NCBI GenBank assembly: GCA_963785045.1
Contig: CAWAUC010000013.1
Location: 204,577-268,576 of the forward strand
Source of the DNA: an uncultured delta proteobacterium
GTDB lineage: Bacteria > Desulfobacterota > Desulfobacteria > Desulfobacterales > SpSt-501
DNA length: 64,000 nucleotides
Direction: 5' to 3'
Made by a program: the position numbers and the translations under genes. The notes beneath the pieces are model-generated. The model searched no databases. It saw nothing but the letters and a program-made list of their open reading frames with translations, and had not been told where the DNA came from. Shown here in pieces: positions 38,387-47,996 of the stretch; position 1 is the stretch's first letter, and each line of letters begins with the position of its first letter.

Positions 38387-39123
38387 GCGTCGGAGGCGGG
38401 CCCATTTGTCGTCAGGTTCATAAAAACCTGCTCCAAATCGGCCTCGGTCACGTGGGCCTCCCGCCGCAGGTCGGCGGCGGTGCCGTTGGCGATCAGGCGG
38501 CCCCGGGCGATGATGCCGATGCGGTCGCAGATGTCTTCTGCGAGCTTCAGCGTGTGAGTCGACATGAAAATGGTGACGCCCTCCGCCGCCAGCCGCCGGA
38601 AGAGCTTTTTGACCATGATCATGGCCAGCGGATCGAGCCCCACCATGGGCTCGTCCACGATCAGCACCTCCGGGTCGTGCAGCACGGCCGCGGCCATGAT
38701 GAGACGCTGTTTCATGCCGTGGGAGTAGGATTCGATGAGCTCGTTGGCCCAGTCCACCAGGGCGAACATCTCCAGGGTGGCCGTCGCTTTCGGCTGGAAC
38801 TCGAATGCCGGCACGCCGTAGATGTCGGCCATGAAGCGCAGGAACTCGAGGCCGGTGAGCTTCTCATAGATATAGGGGCGGTCCGGTATGAAGCCGATCT
38901 TGCGCTTCGCCCGCTCCGGCTCCGCCTGCAGGTCGATGTCGCAAACGGCGACCGACCCGGCCGTCGGCGCCAGCACGCCGCCCAGCATCTTGATGGTGGT
39001 GGTCTTGCCGGCGCCGTTGGGCCCGATGAACCCGAAAATTTCACCCCGGCCGACCCTCAGGGTGAGGCGGTCGACGGCGGTGAAACCGTTGTAGGTCTTG
39101 GTCAGTTGGGTCAACTGGATCAT
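38383..39123 (-). CDS. ABC transporter ATP-binding protein
   Basis: GPNGAGKTT, YSHGMKQR, LIVDEP, STH. Confidence 0.92.
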   Translation of the reverse strand: MIQLTQLTKTYNGFTAVDRLTLRVGRGEIFGFIGPNGAGKTTTIKMLGGVLAPTAGSVAVCDIDLQAEPERAKRKIGFIPDRPYIYEKLTGLEFLRFMADIYGVPAFEFQPKATATLEMFALVDWANELIESYSHGMKQRLIMAAAVLHDPEVLIVDEPMVGLDPLAMIMVKKLFRRLAAEGVTIFMSTHTLKLAEDICDRIGIIARGRLIANGTAADLRREAHVTEADLEQVFMNLTTNGPASDA

Positions 39124-39320
39124 GGGTGCGAGAATGGCCTGGTGCCCGAATACCGGGCCGGGCCCATCGGAAGCGGGTTGGTAATCGAAGCGTTCAGCTT
39201 CAGGCAAAGACTGATCGGTCTTACGCCGCTCGTTTTCGATTCCTCATTATAGCACATCGCAGGCGTCTGCCAAGGCGGCCGCCCGGGGAATGCCGCACCC
39301 CGGCGCGCTCCGTCGCCGCG

Positions 39321-40802
39321 TCATTCCAGGATGGTGATGCGCAACCTGCCCATGAGCCCCACCAGGTCCAGCGACTGCTGCATCGAGCCGGTGGCGAACC
39401 GGATGTGCGTCACGTCCGCCGGGAGCTGGTCGAACAGGGCATCCGCCGTGACCCAGCGTCCCAGGTACAGCAGGTTCCAGGCGTGGTAGTAGAATTTGCC
39501 GCGCAGGTAGACGACGCCGGCCTCCACGCGGGCCGGGATCCCGGCCGCCCGCGCCAGGGCGGCGAACAGCACGGCATGCTCGTTGCAATCACCCATGCGG
39601 TTTTCGAGGGTCGACACGGCATCCGGCAGGGACAGCACCGGCCGTCTCTCGATATTGGCGCGGATCCAGTCCATGATGCGGCGGGCCTTCTCGAGCGGCG
39701 GCATTTGCGCGTTGTCGCCGAGGATCGAGCGCACCTGCGCGCGGATCTTCGCGTGATCGGACTCGATGAACGGCTCGGGCTTCAAAAACACCCGTTCGAG
39801 GGTCGGCAGGCTCTGCTCCGTCAGCTCGTCCGGCAGCCCTTCGAGCGACTCCTTGCGCACGGTGAGCACACCGTCGGAAAGCTTCTGGCGTCCGCCCTGC
39901 AGGCGCAGGCCCCCTGTCGTTACGCCGCCGATCGAAACCCGCAGCACGTCCAGGGCCGCGGGGCTCGCGATGGGTCGATTGGGCGTGATCGCGGCGAGTT
40001 CGGTCAGGTCCTGGCTGGCGGCGAGCCCCATGTCGTCCAGGGCATCCGTGCGGGAGGTCTTTTCCAGGCGCATGCCCAGCAGACCGCGTTCCTTGAGGAG
40101 GTCGCCGTTTTGACCGATCCAGGCGCTTTGGATCATGCCCCGGAAATTCAGGGTCACCTTGGTGGCGGGGAGGCGTTGCCCCATGACCGCCACGTCCTCC
40201 GGCCCGACGATCTCGACCAGCACGGGTATCTGCGCCAGTGCCGCCGGGTCGAACACATCGAATGTGTAGCGGTTGCCGGGCGTGAGGTCCGCCATCGCCA
40301 GGGCGTCGATGATGGCCGCCGTCGGTTTGATGTCCTTTTGGACGGGCACCTCGATGCGGCGCCGGTCGCCGGCGGCCTCGGTGCGGACGGACAGCACACC
40401 GCCGGATGCCTCGCCCCGGGCCGAAAAGCGGAACCGGCCCGACTCGATCCCGAACTCGAAGCGTTCCAAGGCGAGGTCCCGGCTCAGCCGCGAGCGGGTC
40501 TGCAGGCGAAGGTCCTGGAGCATGCCCATGGTATTGATCCGCATGGCCACTTCTTCTTCCAGCTCATAGCCGGTCTCCGTGGGCTGCAGGCGGCTGTGGG
40601 AGAAACCGATCTTGCGATTTTTCTGGAAAATGTTCATCCAGGACTCCCGCGCCCGGACATGCTCGCCCGCATCGGTCGGCAAAACTCGCGGCCGCGCAGC
40701 GAACTTCTGCCAGACATCCAGCCGGATGCCGAGCAGAACGGCGAAGACAAGGGCGGCGGCGATTCCGGTGACCCGGAATCCGCTCATGCGATGCTCAGTC
40801 AT
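39321..40802 (-). CDS. Transglutaminase-like domain protein, membrane-anchored or exported
   Basis: GDCNEHA (Cys), YHAWN (His), WVTAD (Asp); N-terminal TM segment. Confidence 0.85.
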   Translation of the reverse strand: MTEHRMSGFRVTGIAAALVFAVLLGIRLDVWQKFAARPRVLPTDAGEHVRARESWMNIFQKNRKIGFSHSRLQPTETGYELEEEVAMRINTMGMLQDLRLQTRSRLSRDLALERFEFGIESGRFRFSARGEASGGVLSVRTEAAGDRRRIEVPVQKDIKPTAAIIDALAMADLTPGNRYTFDVFDPAALAQIPVLVEIVGPEDVAVMGQRLPATKVTLNFRGMIQSAWIGQNGDLLKERGLLGMRLEKTSRTDALDDMGLAASQDLTELAAITPNRPIASPAALDVLRVSIGGVTTGGLRLQGGRQKLSDGVLTVRKESLEGLPDELTEQSLPTLERVFLKPEPFIESDHAKIRAQVRSILGDNAQMPPLEKARRIMDWIRANIERRPVLSLPDAVSTLENRMGDCNEHAVLFAALARAAGIPARVEAGVVYLRGKFYYHAWNLLYLGRWVTADALFDQLPADVTHIRFATGSMQQSLDLVGLMGRLRITILE

Positions 40803-40871
40803 GGTTGGCGGCTCTGCGACTGGTTTCGACTCAAGCGCTGGTAGAACCCCTGCGGGTGCCTATCCCGCATT

Positions 40872-41015
40872 AGTGCCCATCCATAAACGGCGTCTTTCGG
40901 CCCATGCCGGCGTTCTCGCTCTTCGCAATCCTCGGCAAAGTCTCACTTTGCCTGTGGTTGCGAAATCGCTGCGGCCTTGGCCTAAACCGAAATCCACCAT
41001 TTCTGGATGGACAGT
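40872..41015. mobile_element. MITE-like element
   Basis: Imperfect TIR AGTGCCCATCCATAAA / TTTCTGGATGGACAGT; central hairpin GGCAAAGT-CTC-ACTTTGCC. Confidence 0.6.
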
Positions 41016-41328
41016 TTAGCATGGCAGCCCCTAAAAAGCGAAACGCCGCGCACACTTTTTCCCGGTCCGGGGCGGCGCCCGGGGTGGAGCACGACCCGGT
41101 GCAAGACCCTTCTGTAGAGATGGCCGGTGGATCGAAGCACAATATGTGGGGTCGGCAGAAATCCTTTATTTTTCGGGGGATTCGGTCTGTTTTTCTATTG
41201 ACAACCCGTTTATTTTTCGGGATAGTAAAATCACGTTAATGTTAGTGGATATTGGTACTCGAGATGAAGTTGTTTTGTGAGATCCATCGATTTGCCACAT
41301 TCCCTATTCACTCGTGTTGAGGCTTCTG

Positions 41329-41361
41329 AAGCAGGGCCAGAAATGGTTCTGCTTTTTTTTT
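41329..41361 (+). terminator. Terminator-like hairpin in the csp leader
   Basis: AAGCAGGGCCA-GAAA-TGGTTCTGCTT running into a T9 tract. Confidence 0.6.
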
Positions 41362-41410
41362 GTTTGAGGGTCGCGCGCAGAGTCAATTAATCAATCAGGA
41401 GGAGGAGAGT

Positions 41411-41614
41411 ATGCCGGAAGGAGTCGTCAAGTGGTTCAACGAGAAGAAGGGGTTCGGGTTCATTAAAAAGGAAGACGGGCAAGACGTTTTCGTCCATTAT
41501 TCCGCCATCAAGGGCCAGGGATTCAAGTCCCTGGTGGAGGGTGATCGCGTGCGTTTTGAAGTCCAGCAGGGCGCCAAGGGACCGGCGGCCTCCGATGTGG
41601 AGAAACTCGCCTAA
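41411..41614 (+). CDS. Cold-shock protein (CspA family)
   Basis: [24 protein letters not shown]...GAKGPAA; strong AGGAGG RBS. Confidence 0.95.
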   Translation: MPEGVVKWFNEKKGFGFIKKEDGQDVFVHYSAIKGQGFKSLVEGDRVRFEVQQGAKGPAASDVEKLA

Positions 41615-41648
41615 CAGGGTGTTGAAAAACCTGTTTTTAAACACCCTG
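41615..41648. terminator. Hairpin downstream of csp (terminator or collapsed MITE ends)
   Basis: CAGGGTGTTGAAAAA-CCTG-TTTTTAAACACCCTG. Confidence 0.5.
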
Positions 41649-41709
41649 ATAGAATGAGCTGTTGGCATGCCCCATTGATCCCCCGTTCACGCGTCGGCGC
41701 GGCGGGGGA

Positions 41710-43407
41710 TCATTTTTTCAGCAGCTCCCGGGCGTGCTCGAGCGTCACGCGGGTGATCTTTTCGCCGCCGAGCATCCGCGCGATCTCGCGGGTGCGATCG
41801 TCGGCGGTAAGCAGCGTGATGGCGGTCCGGGTGCGGCCGGAGGCCACGTGCTTGGAGATCTTGAAATGGTGGTCGCTGAATTTGGCGATTTGGGGCAGAT
41901 GGGTGATGCAGATGACCTGATGGTGCCGGGCAAGGGTGGCCAGCTTGCGGCCGACCACCTCGGCGACGGCCCCGCCGATGCCCGCATCGACCTCGTCGAA
42001 AACGATGGTGGCCACGGACTCGCTGGCGGCGAGGATCGACTTCAGTGCCAGCACCACCCGCGACAGTTCCCCGCCCGAGGCGATGGCGGCCAGGGGTTTG
42101 AGCGTTTCGCCGACATTCGGCGCGATCGTGAAAACCGCACGGTCGATACCACTCTCGGCCGCCGCGTTCGAGCCGACGACGAGGTGCGGGTCGGTGTCCG
42201 CGTCCGCCGGGATGGCGCTCAGGGCTACCGCGAATTCGGTTTCGGCCATTTTCAACGTGGACAGCTCGGCCGCCACGCGTGCGGCGAAGCGCTGCGCCGC
42301 CGCCTGACGTTTCTTCGAAAGCAGCACGGCCTGCCGGACGATCCCGGCGTGCCGCTCGCGCAGCCGGTCTTCCAGCGTCGCGATCTCGGTGCTGATGTTT
42401 TCGATAGCGGCCAGTTCCGCCGTTGAGCTGGCGAGCTTCTCCAGCGCGGCCTCGATCGAGCCGCCGTATTTGCGTTTGAGCCGGTTCAGCACATCCAGCC
42501 GCTCTTCGACCTCCTCCTGGCGCCGGTCGTTGAATTCGATCGACTTCAGGTAGGCGCGCAGCTCCCCCACGAGGTCTTCGACGCGGTAGACGATCTCGGC
42601 GCAGGCCTCGGCTTTGGCCCCCACCTGCGGGTCGATCCGCCCCATCCGCTCGAGACTCCGGCGCACCTCGGTCAAGCGCTCCGCTACAGAGCCGGATGCA
42701 CTGTAGAGCGTGTCGACTCCTCCCTGGACGGCTTCGACCAGGGCGCCCGCGTTCTTCAGGCGCGTGCGCTCCTGCTCGAGCTCGCGGTCTTCCCCCGGCG
42801 CGATGCCCGCGGCTGCGATCTCTTTCTGCTGGAACTCCAACAACTCCGTGAGCTCGGTCTGCCGGGCCTGCCGCACCCGCAGTTCTCTGAGGTGCTTCAG
42901 CTCAGGGATGATCTCGCGGACCAGGGCGCCGACGGCCTCGCGCTGGAGCATCAACCCCGCGAACTGGTCCAGCATGAGCAGGTGCTGGTCCTCCTTGAGC
43001 AGTCCCTGGTGGGCGTGCTGGCCGGAGATGCTGGCCATGTTTTCGGTGATGGCGGAGAGCACCTGAAGGGTAGCGAGGCGGCCGTTGACGTAGCTGCGGT
43101 TGCCCTCCGCCCGCGAGATGACGCGCCGCACCAGGAGCCCCTCCTTCAAGCTGTACCCCATGTCGGCTGCCGTCTGTGCGGTCCGGGATTGCGGGGCGAT
43201 GTCGAAAAGCGCCTCGAGCTCCGCCGATTCGGCGCCCGTACGCACCATGTCGGTGGACGCACGGCTGCCCAGGATCAGATTGACGGCGTTGATGATGATG
43301 GATTTGCCGGCGCCGGTCTCGCCGGAGAGAATCGTCAGCCCCGCGTCGAAGCGGATGTGGAGATCGTCGATGATGGCGAAGTTGCGGATCGAAAGTTCTT
43401 TCAGCAT
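41710..43407 (-). CDS. recN: DNA repair protein RecN
   Basis: MLKELSIRNFAII, SGETGAGKSII, GQH, ASGGELSR, FDEVDAGIGG, ITHLPQIA, EIARMLGG. Confidence 0.96.
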   Translation of the reverse strand: MLKELSIRNFAIIDDLHIRFDAGLTILSGETGAGKSIIINAVNLILGSRASTDMVRTGAESAELEALFDIAPQSRTAQTAADMGYSLKEGLLVRRVISRAEGNRSYVNGRLATLQVLSAITENMASISGQHAHQGLLKEDQHLLMLDQFAGLMLQREAVGALVREIIPELKHLRELRVRQARQTELTELLEFQQKEIAAAGIAPGEDRELEQERTRLKNAGALVEAVQGGVDTLYSASGSVAERLTEVRRSLERMGRIDPQVGAKAEACAEIVYRVEDLVGELRAYLKSIEFNDRRQEEVEERLDVLNRLKRKYGGSIEAALEKLASSTAELAAIENISTEIATLEDRLRERHAGIVRQAVLLSKKRQAAAQRFAARVAAELSTLKMAETEFAVALSAIPADADTDPHLVVGSNAAAESGIDRAVFTIAPNVGETLKPLAAIASGGELSRVVLALKSILAASESVATIVFDEVDAGIGGAVAEVVGRKLATLARHHQVICITHLPQIAKFSDHHFKISKHVASGRTRTAITLLTADDRTREIARMLGGEKITRVTLEHARELLKK

Positions 43408-43588
43408 AAGCCGCCTGGGGTGAACGGTGGCAAGGGCCGTCATTATACACCGGCCGGGCATGTTGTAAAGATGCAGGACGCCTGCTCCCGAAAAAACTTG
43501 AATGCCGAGCGCAAAGATTTTAAAGTAGCCGACATGCGCCGGTCGGTACCCGGCGCAATCCCCCTTATGAAAGCGAGAACACGAACCG

Positions 43589-44236
43589 ATGGGAAAGTTG
43601 CCGATTCTGGTGATAGCGACGCGTAACCCCGGCAAGGCAGCTGAAATCTGCGAGCTGCTGCAGGGGTTTCCGGTCGAGATCAAGAGCCTGTCCGATTTCG
43701 GGCCGATTCCCGAAGTCGAAGAGGACGGAGACACGTTCGACGCCAACGCTTACAAGAAGGCGAGTTTCACGGCGCGCGTGCTCGGCTTCCCGGCGCTCGC
43801 CGACGACTCCGGGATCGCCGTGGAGGCCCTGAACGGGGCGCCGGGGGTGCATTCGGCCCGCTATGGAGGAGCGGGCGCCTCCGACGAGGACCGCCGCCGC
43901 AAGCTGCTGGCCCAAATGGACGGCCGCACCCGTCGCAACGCGGCCTTCGAGTGCGTGATCTCGCTGGCCGTCCCCTCGGGACCGGCGCTCACCTACGAAG
44001 GCCGGTGCGAGGGAGTGTTGACCAAGGCGCCTACGGGCGCCAACGGTTTCGGCTACGACCCGATTTTTTACTATCCCCCGCTTCAGAAAACCTTCGCCGA
44101 GCTCACGCGCGAGGAGAAAAGCCGGGTCAGCCACCGGGGCAAGGCCCTGCGCGAGCTGCGGGGCGAATTCGACAAGGTGATGCAATGGGTCCGGAGGCAT
44201 ATGCCGCCGGAGGACCCGTGGAACCTGGAAAAATAG
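43589..44236 (+). CDS. rdgB: XTP/dITP diphosphatase (Ham1 family)
   Basis: ATRNPGK..E, ADDSG, GAPGVHSARY, GFGYDPIF, KSRVSHRGKA. Confidence 0.95.
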   Translation: MGKLPILVIATRNPGKAAEICELLQGFPVEIKSLSDFGPIPEVEEDGDTFDANAYKKASFTARVLGFPALADDSGIAVEALNGAPGVHSARYGGAGASDEDRRRKLLAQMDGRTRRNAAFECVISLAVPSGPALTYEGRCEGVLTKAPTGANGFGYDPIFYYPPLQKTFAELTREEKSRVSHRGKALRELRGEFDKVMQWVRRHMPPEDPWNLEK

Positions 44237-44390
44237 ACGGACTCGTAAAAAGTCATCACAATCGATGGCTTTGTAAAAAGCCCAAGTTCAAGGCGCCCGA
44301 TTCCCGCGGAGTGAGGCGTACTTAAAGTACGCCGCAGCGACAGCGGGATGAAGCGCAACGCCGAAATTGGGTTTTTTACGAAGCCATCGA
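44236..44390. mobile_element. MITE-like element with an extra left-end copy
   Basis: 24-bp TIR TCGATGGCTTTGTAAAAAGCCCAA (44262-44285) / 44367-44390, 22/24 match; extra GACGGACTCGTAAAAAG at 44236; central GGCGTACTTAAAGTACGCC. Confidence 0.75.
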
Positions 44391-44406
44391 AGACATCGAG
44401 GACCCA

Positions 44407-45657
44407 TTGGCCGTTCGTACGAACACGGTTGCGGCGACACTTTGCAGCCGCCGGATGATCGTTGCCCTTCTGATGGGTTTCTCCTGCGGCCTGCCCCTGC
44501 TGCTGACGCTGGGTGTCCTGCAGGCTTGGATGACCGAGGAGGGTGTCGATCTCACCTGGGTGGGCATGATCACCCTGGTGCAGAGCCCCTATTCCTGGAA
44601 GTTCCTGTGGGCCCCCGTTCTGGACCGCTTCACGCTGCCGTTTCTCGGCCGCCGCCGGGGGTGGCTGCTGGTCGCGCAGCTGGCGTTGATGGCGGCCATC
44701 GCCGCGCTGGCGTTCGCCGATCCGGTCAAGCGCCCGGTCTGGATGGTGGCGGCCGCGGTGCTCGTGGCCTTTTTCAGCGCCACCCAGGACACGGTCGTGG
44801 ACGCTTACCGCCGGGAGGATTTGCCCGATAGCGAGCTGGGACTCGGCTCCTCCATGTATGTTTACGGCTACCGCATCGGGATGTGGGCGGCCTCGGGGGG
44901 CGGCCTCATTCTGGCCGATCGTATGCCCTTCTCACAGGTCTACCTGGTGATGGCCGCAGGCATGCTGCTCGGCGTGCTGACGACCCTGCTTGCCCCCGAG
45001 CCCCGCGCGGCCAACGGTCTGCCGCTGTCGCTGCGGGAGGCCGCCTGGCAGCCTCTGTCCGATTTCTTCCGCCGGGATGGCGCCCTCTGGGTGCTGGCCT
45101 TCATCCTGCTTTACAAGGTCGGCGACAGCATGGCCGGCGCCGTCAGCATCCCCTTTTATCTCGAGCTCGGTTACTCCAAGTCCGAGATCGGCACGGTGGT
45201 CAAGCTCTTCGGGGCATGGGCCACCATCGCCGGCGGCATCCTCGGCGGCATCCTGATGCTGAAGACCGGCATCCAGCGCAGTCTCTGGGTGTTCGGCGGG
45301 CTTCAGGCGGTCTCGACCGCAGGTTTTGCCGTGCTGGCCCGCATCGGACCCAGCCTGCCGGCGCTTGCGACCGTGGTCGCCTTCGAGAGCATTACGGCCG
45401 GCATGGGAACCAGCGCCTTTGTCGCGTTTATCGCCAGCCTGACCAACCGCAAGTTCACCGCCACCCAGTACGCGCTGCTGACGAGCATCATGGGGCTTCC
45501 GCGGGTGCTGGCCTCGGCGCCGACGGGGTTTGCCGCCAAGCACCTGGGCTGGGAAGGCTTTTTCATCTTCTGCACCCTCGCGGCCATCCCGGGCATGCTG
45601 GTTCTCTGCCGCATCGCCCCCTGGCGAGCCCGCCCCGCGCCCACGGATTCCACGTAG
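44407..45657 (+). CDS. ampG: AmpG-family muropeptide MFS transporter
   Basis: GFSCGLPLLL, PYSWKFLWAPVLDRF..LGRRRGW, SATQD..VDAYR, FTATQYALL. Confidence 0.92.
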   Translation: MAVRTNTVAATLCSRRMIVALLMGFSCGLPLLLTLGVLQAWMTEEGVDLTWVGMITLVQSPYSWKFLWAPVLDRFTLPFLGRRRGWLLVAQLALMAAIAALAFADPVKRPVWMVAAAVLVAFFSATQDTVVDAYRREDLPDSELGLGSSMYVYGYRIGMWAASGGGLILADRMPFSQVYLVMAAGMLLGVLTTLLAPEPRAANGLPLSLREAAWQPLSDFFRRDGALWVLAFILLYKVGDSMAGAVSIPFYLELGYSKSEIGTVVKLFGAWATIAGGILGGILMLKTGIQRSLWVFGGLQAVSTAGFAVLARIGPSLPALATVVAFESITAGMGTSAFVAFIASLTNRKFTATQYALLTSIMGLPRVLASAPTGFAAKHLGWEGFFIFCTLAAIPGMLVLCRIAPWRARPAPTDST

Positions 45658-45686
45658 CATTTGCTTTGTGAATCGGGGCCTGTTAT

Positions 45687-46037
45687 TACTCCGGCAATTA
45701 TCACTCCGGCGATTAAATATGTAACATGGGCTGCTAAGGGAACCTTCCTTTTGTCGGCGGACCAGGGCAGGGCCCGGTGGGGGGCGGGGCCGCTGTCGGC
45801 CGCAGCCAGTGACACCTGGGCTGCGACAACGCCCCAGGGGTTTCTAGAATAGTCCCTCACAGGCAGCGCGGAAGTCTTTGTCGTGAGGCTGTGATCTGGG
45901 GGCTTTTCCGGGTATCTCGAAGCGGCCCGGCTGCCGCCCGTAGGAGCCCGGAAAAGATGTCTGCGGCCGACAGCGGCCCCACCCCCCACCGGGCCTCGTG
46001 GCAGCCACGACATTTGGCCTGTTTAATCGCCGGAGTA
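45687..46037. repeat. Long-hairpin palindromic element, copy 2 (opposite orientation)
   Basis: Perfect 15-bp TIR ACTCCGGCGATTAAA 45703-45717/46022-46036; 35-bp arms 45771-45805/45961-45995 (34/35); core homologous to 28343-28490. Confidence 0.9.
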
Positions 46038-46091
46038 CTAAAGAGGGTTGGGGCCCGCCGCGTTCAACCCCCTGAGGCCGACGGAACCGAC

Positions 46092-47843
46092 ATGACTGAG
46101 ACACTTCCCGACAAAGCCATCCATGAGCGCTTGAAAGCGCTGCAGCGCGAGCGCCACGAGATCCTGGCCCTGCCGCCGGAAGAGGCGCTGAACCGGATTC
46201 TGTCCGCGCGTGAGCCGGCCGCCCTGGTGCACTCCATTCCAGAGTCGGATCTCTACCTTCTGGTGCACGACATCGGCCCCGAGGACGCCCTGCCGTTGCT
46301 GGCGCTGGCCTCCGACAAGCAGTGGGACCACATCGTGGACCTCGAGAGCTGGACCCGGGACCGCATCGAGGTGCACAGCGTCACGCGCTGGCTCAATCTC
46401 TTGCTGGAATCGGACCCGCAGCGCTTCCTGCGATGGTTTTTAAAGGACCACCTCGAGTTTGCCGAACTTTACCTGTTTCACACGATCGAGGTGCGGGCCT
46501 TGGAGCAGGACCAGGACCCCTCCGAGTTCGGCGACGATTTCTTCACCCTGGACGGCACGTATTATGTACGCTTTTTGAAGCTGCCGCCCGTGCTCGACAG
46601 CTCCGCGATCGGCGAGGAAGAGCGCCGGGAGTTTCTGATGAAACTCCTCCAGCGCCTGGCGGCCCAGGACCATCTCAATTTTATAAACGTGCTGATCGAG
46701 GCGACCCATGTCATCCCCGCCGAGACCGAGGAAGAGGAGTACCACTGGCGCAGCGTGCGCCTGGCGGAGAAGGGGTTCGCCCCGTTCGGCGAGGCCATCG
46801 GGATCTACCAGCCCGTCCAGCCGAAGGATCTGGAAGCCCGGGCCCCGAAACACATTGCCCGCCGGCGGGCGGAGAGTTCCCTGCTGCCCGTGCCATCCTA
46901 CCCGCTGCGGGAGATGGAGGCGGACAATCACTTCAGCCGCGCCCTCGCCCGGCTCGAGCCGCAGGACATCCTCACCCAGGTGCAGTGGGAGTTCGCCAAC
47001 CTTTGCAACCAGATCATCGTCGCCGACCAGAAGGCCATCCGCAGCCGCGCGCAGCTGCACGACATCGTAAAGAAGGCCTGCGGGTACATCAGCATGGGCC
47101 TGGAGCGGCTGAGGGCCACGGGGGAAAAAGAGGCCGATCCCCGCCAGGCGGCGGCGGCCCTGATCCGCCACCCGCTGGTCCAGGTTTTCCGACTCGGGTT
47201 CGGCGCCGTGCTCGAGCTCAAGTGGGAGGCTGAAAAGTGGCTGAGCCGATGCTGGTTCACCACGTCCGGGCTGCGCCTGACCTTCTGGGGGGAGCAGTGG
47301 ATGGGAGTCCTCGGCGGCCTGCTGCTCAAGAAGCCCCTTTACTACGACAACTACAAGACCGGCGTGCTCTACCGGGAGTTCATCGCGCTGGAGGAGGTCG
47401 CGCTGACCGAAAAGATCCTGCGGCGGGTGCAGGCGGTCGACCACCTGCTCGCGCGCATGAACCTCCAACTGGGGTCCGTGTCCCAGTATGGTTTTCTGAC
47501 CTACAAAAACCTGATTCTCACCCGGTGGGCCGCGCATTGCCTGGGGCTTCGGGAGGAAAAATTGGCCGCCATCCCGGTCAGCGGCTTCAAAACCTTTTAC
47601 GCGCAGCTTCTGCCGAGCGAGCCCTCCAGCGAGTCAACGGCGCCGCGCCGCATTCCCGAAGAGATGAAGTCGGGCTTCATCGCCTGGCTGGCCCGTGAGA
47701 CCGGCCTCACGGATGTTGAGATTACCGAACGCCTGGGGCGGATATTCGAGGAGCTCTTCGATGAGATCGAGGCGGAGTATGGCCGGGTGACGGCCAAGGA
47801 TCTGGATCCTCGCTTCGTGCAGCTCTTCCTGCTAAAAACATGA
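46092..47843 (+). CDS. Conserved hypothetical protein (DUF6178-like)
   Basis: 583-aa ORF; DLESW..D, EEEEYHWRSVRLAEKGF, LANLCN-like segment; family name recalled from memory. Confidence 0.65.
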   Translation: MTETLPDKAIHERLKALQRERHEILALPPEEALNRILSAREPAALVHSIPESDLYLLVHDIGPEDALPLLALASDKQWDHIVDLESWTRDRIEVHSVTRWLNLLLESDPQRFLRWFLKDHLEFAELYLFHTIEVRALEQDQDPSEFGDDFFTLDGTYYVRFLKLPPVLDSSAIGEEERREFLMKLLQRLAAQDHLNFINVLIEATHVIPAETEEEEYHWRSVRLAEKGFAPFGEAIGIYQPVQPKDLEARAPKHIARRRAESSLLPVPSYPLREMEADNHFSRALARLEPQDILTQVQWEFANLCNQIIVADQKAIRSRAQLHDIVKKACGYISMGLERLRATGEKEADPRQAAAALIRHPLVQVFRLGFGAVLELKWEAEKWLSRCWFTTSGLRLTFWGEQWMGVLGGLLLKKPLYYDNYKTGVLYREFIALEEVALTEKILRRVQAVDHLLARMNLQLGSVSQYGFLTYKNLILTRWAAHCLGLREEKLAAIPVSGFKTFYAQLLPSEPSSESTAPRRIPEEMKSGFIAWLARETGLTDVEITERLGRIFEELFDEIEAEYGRVTAKDLDPRFVQLFLLKT

Positions 47844-47846
47844 CCA

Positions 47847-47990
47847 CTCAGGCGGCTATGATGGATGGAGAAGAGGGAACTACGAAATACGCGAAAGGCG
47901 CGGAAAGGGAAGCCGAACTGCAATCAAGCGCTTTCGCGGTTTTCGCGCATTTCGTAGTTAAAAATGCATTCAGGTAGCTGAGTCGTAACG
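47847..47990. repeat. Family B 9-bp-periodic inverted-repeat element
   Basis: AACTACGAAATACGCGAAAGGCGCGGAAAG (47878-47907) inverted against 47931-47959; bounded by CTCAG ... CTGAG. Confidence 0.85.
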
Positions 47991-47996
47991 AGGCTT

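Noticed and set aside
43408-43746. 113-aa N-terminal extension of RecN in the ORF track
   Set aside because: It overlaps rdgB; the canonical MLKEL start is at 43407 with a TTTACA/TATAAT promoter just upstream.
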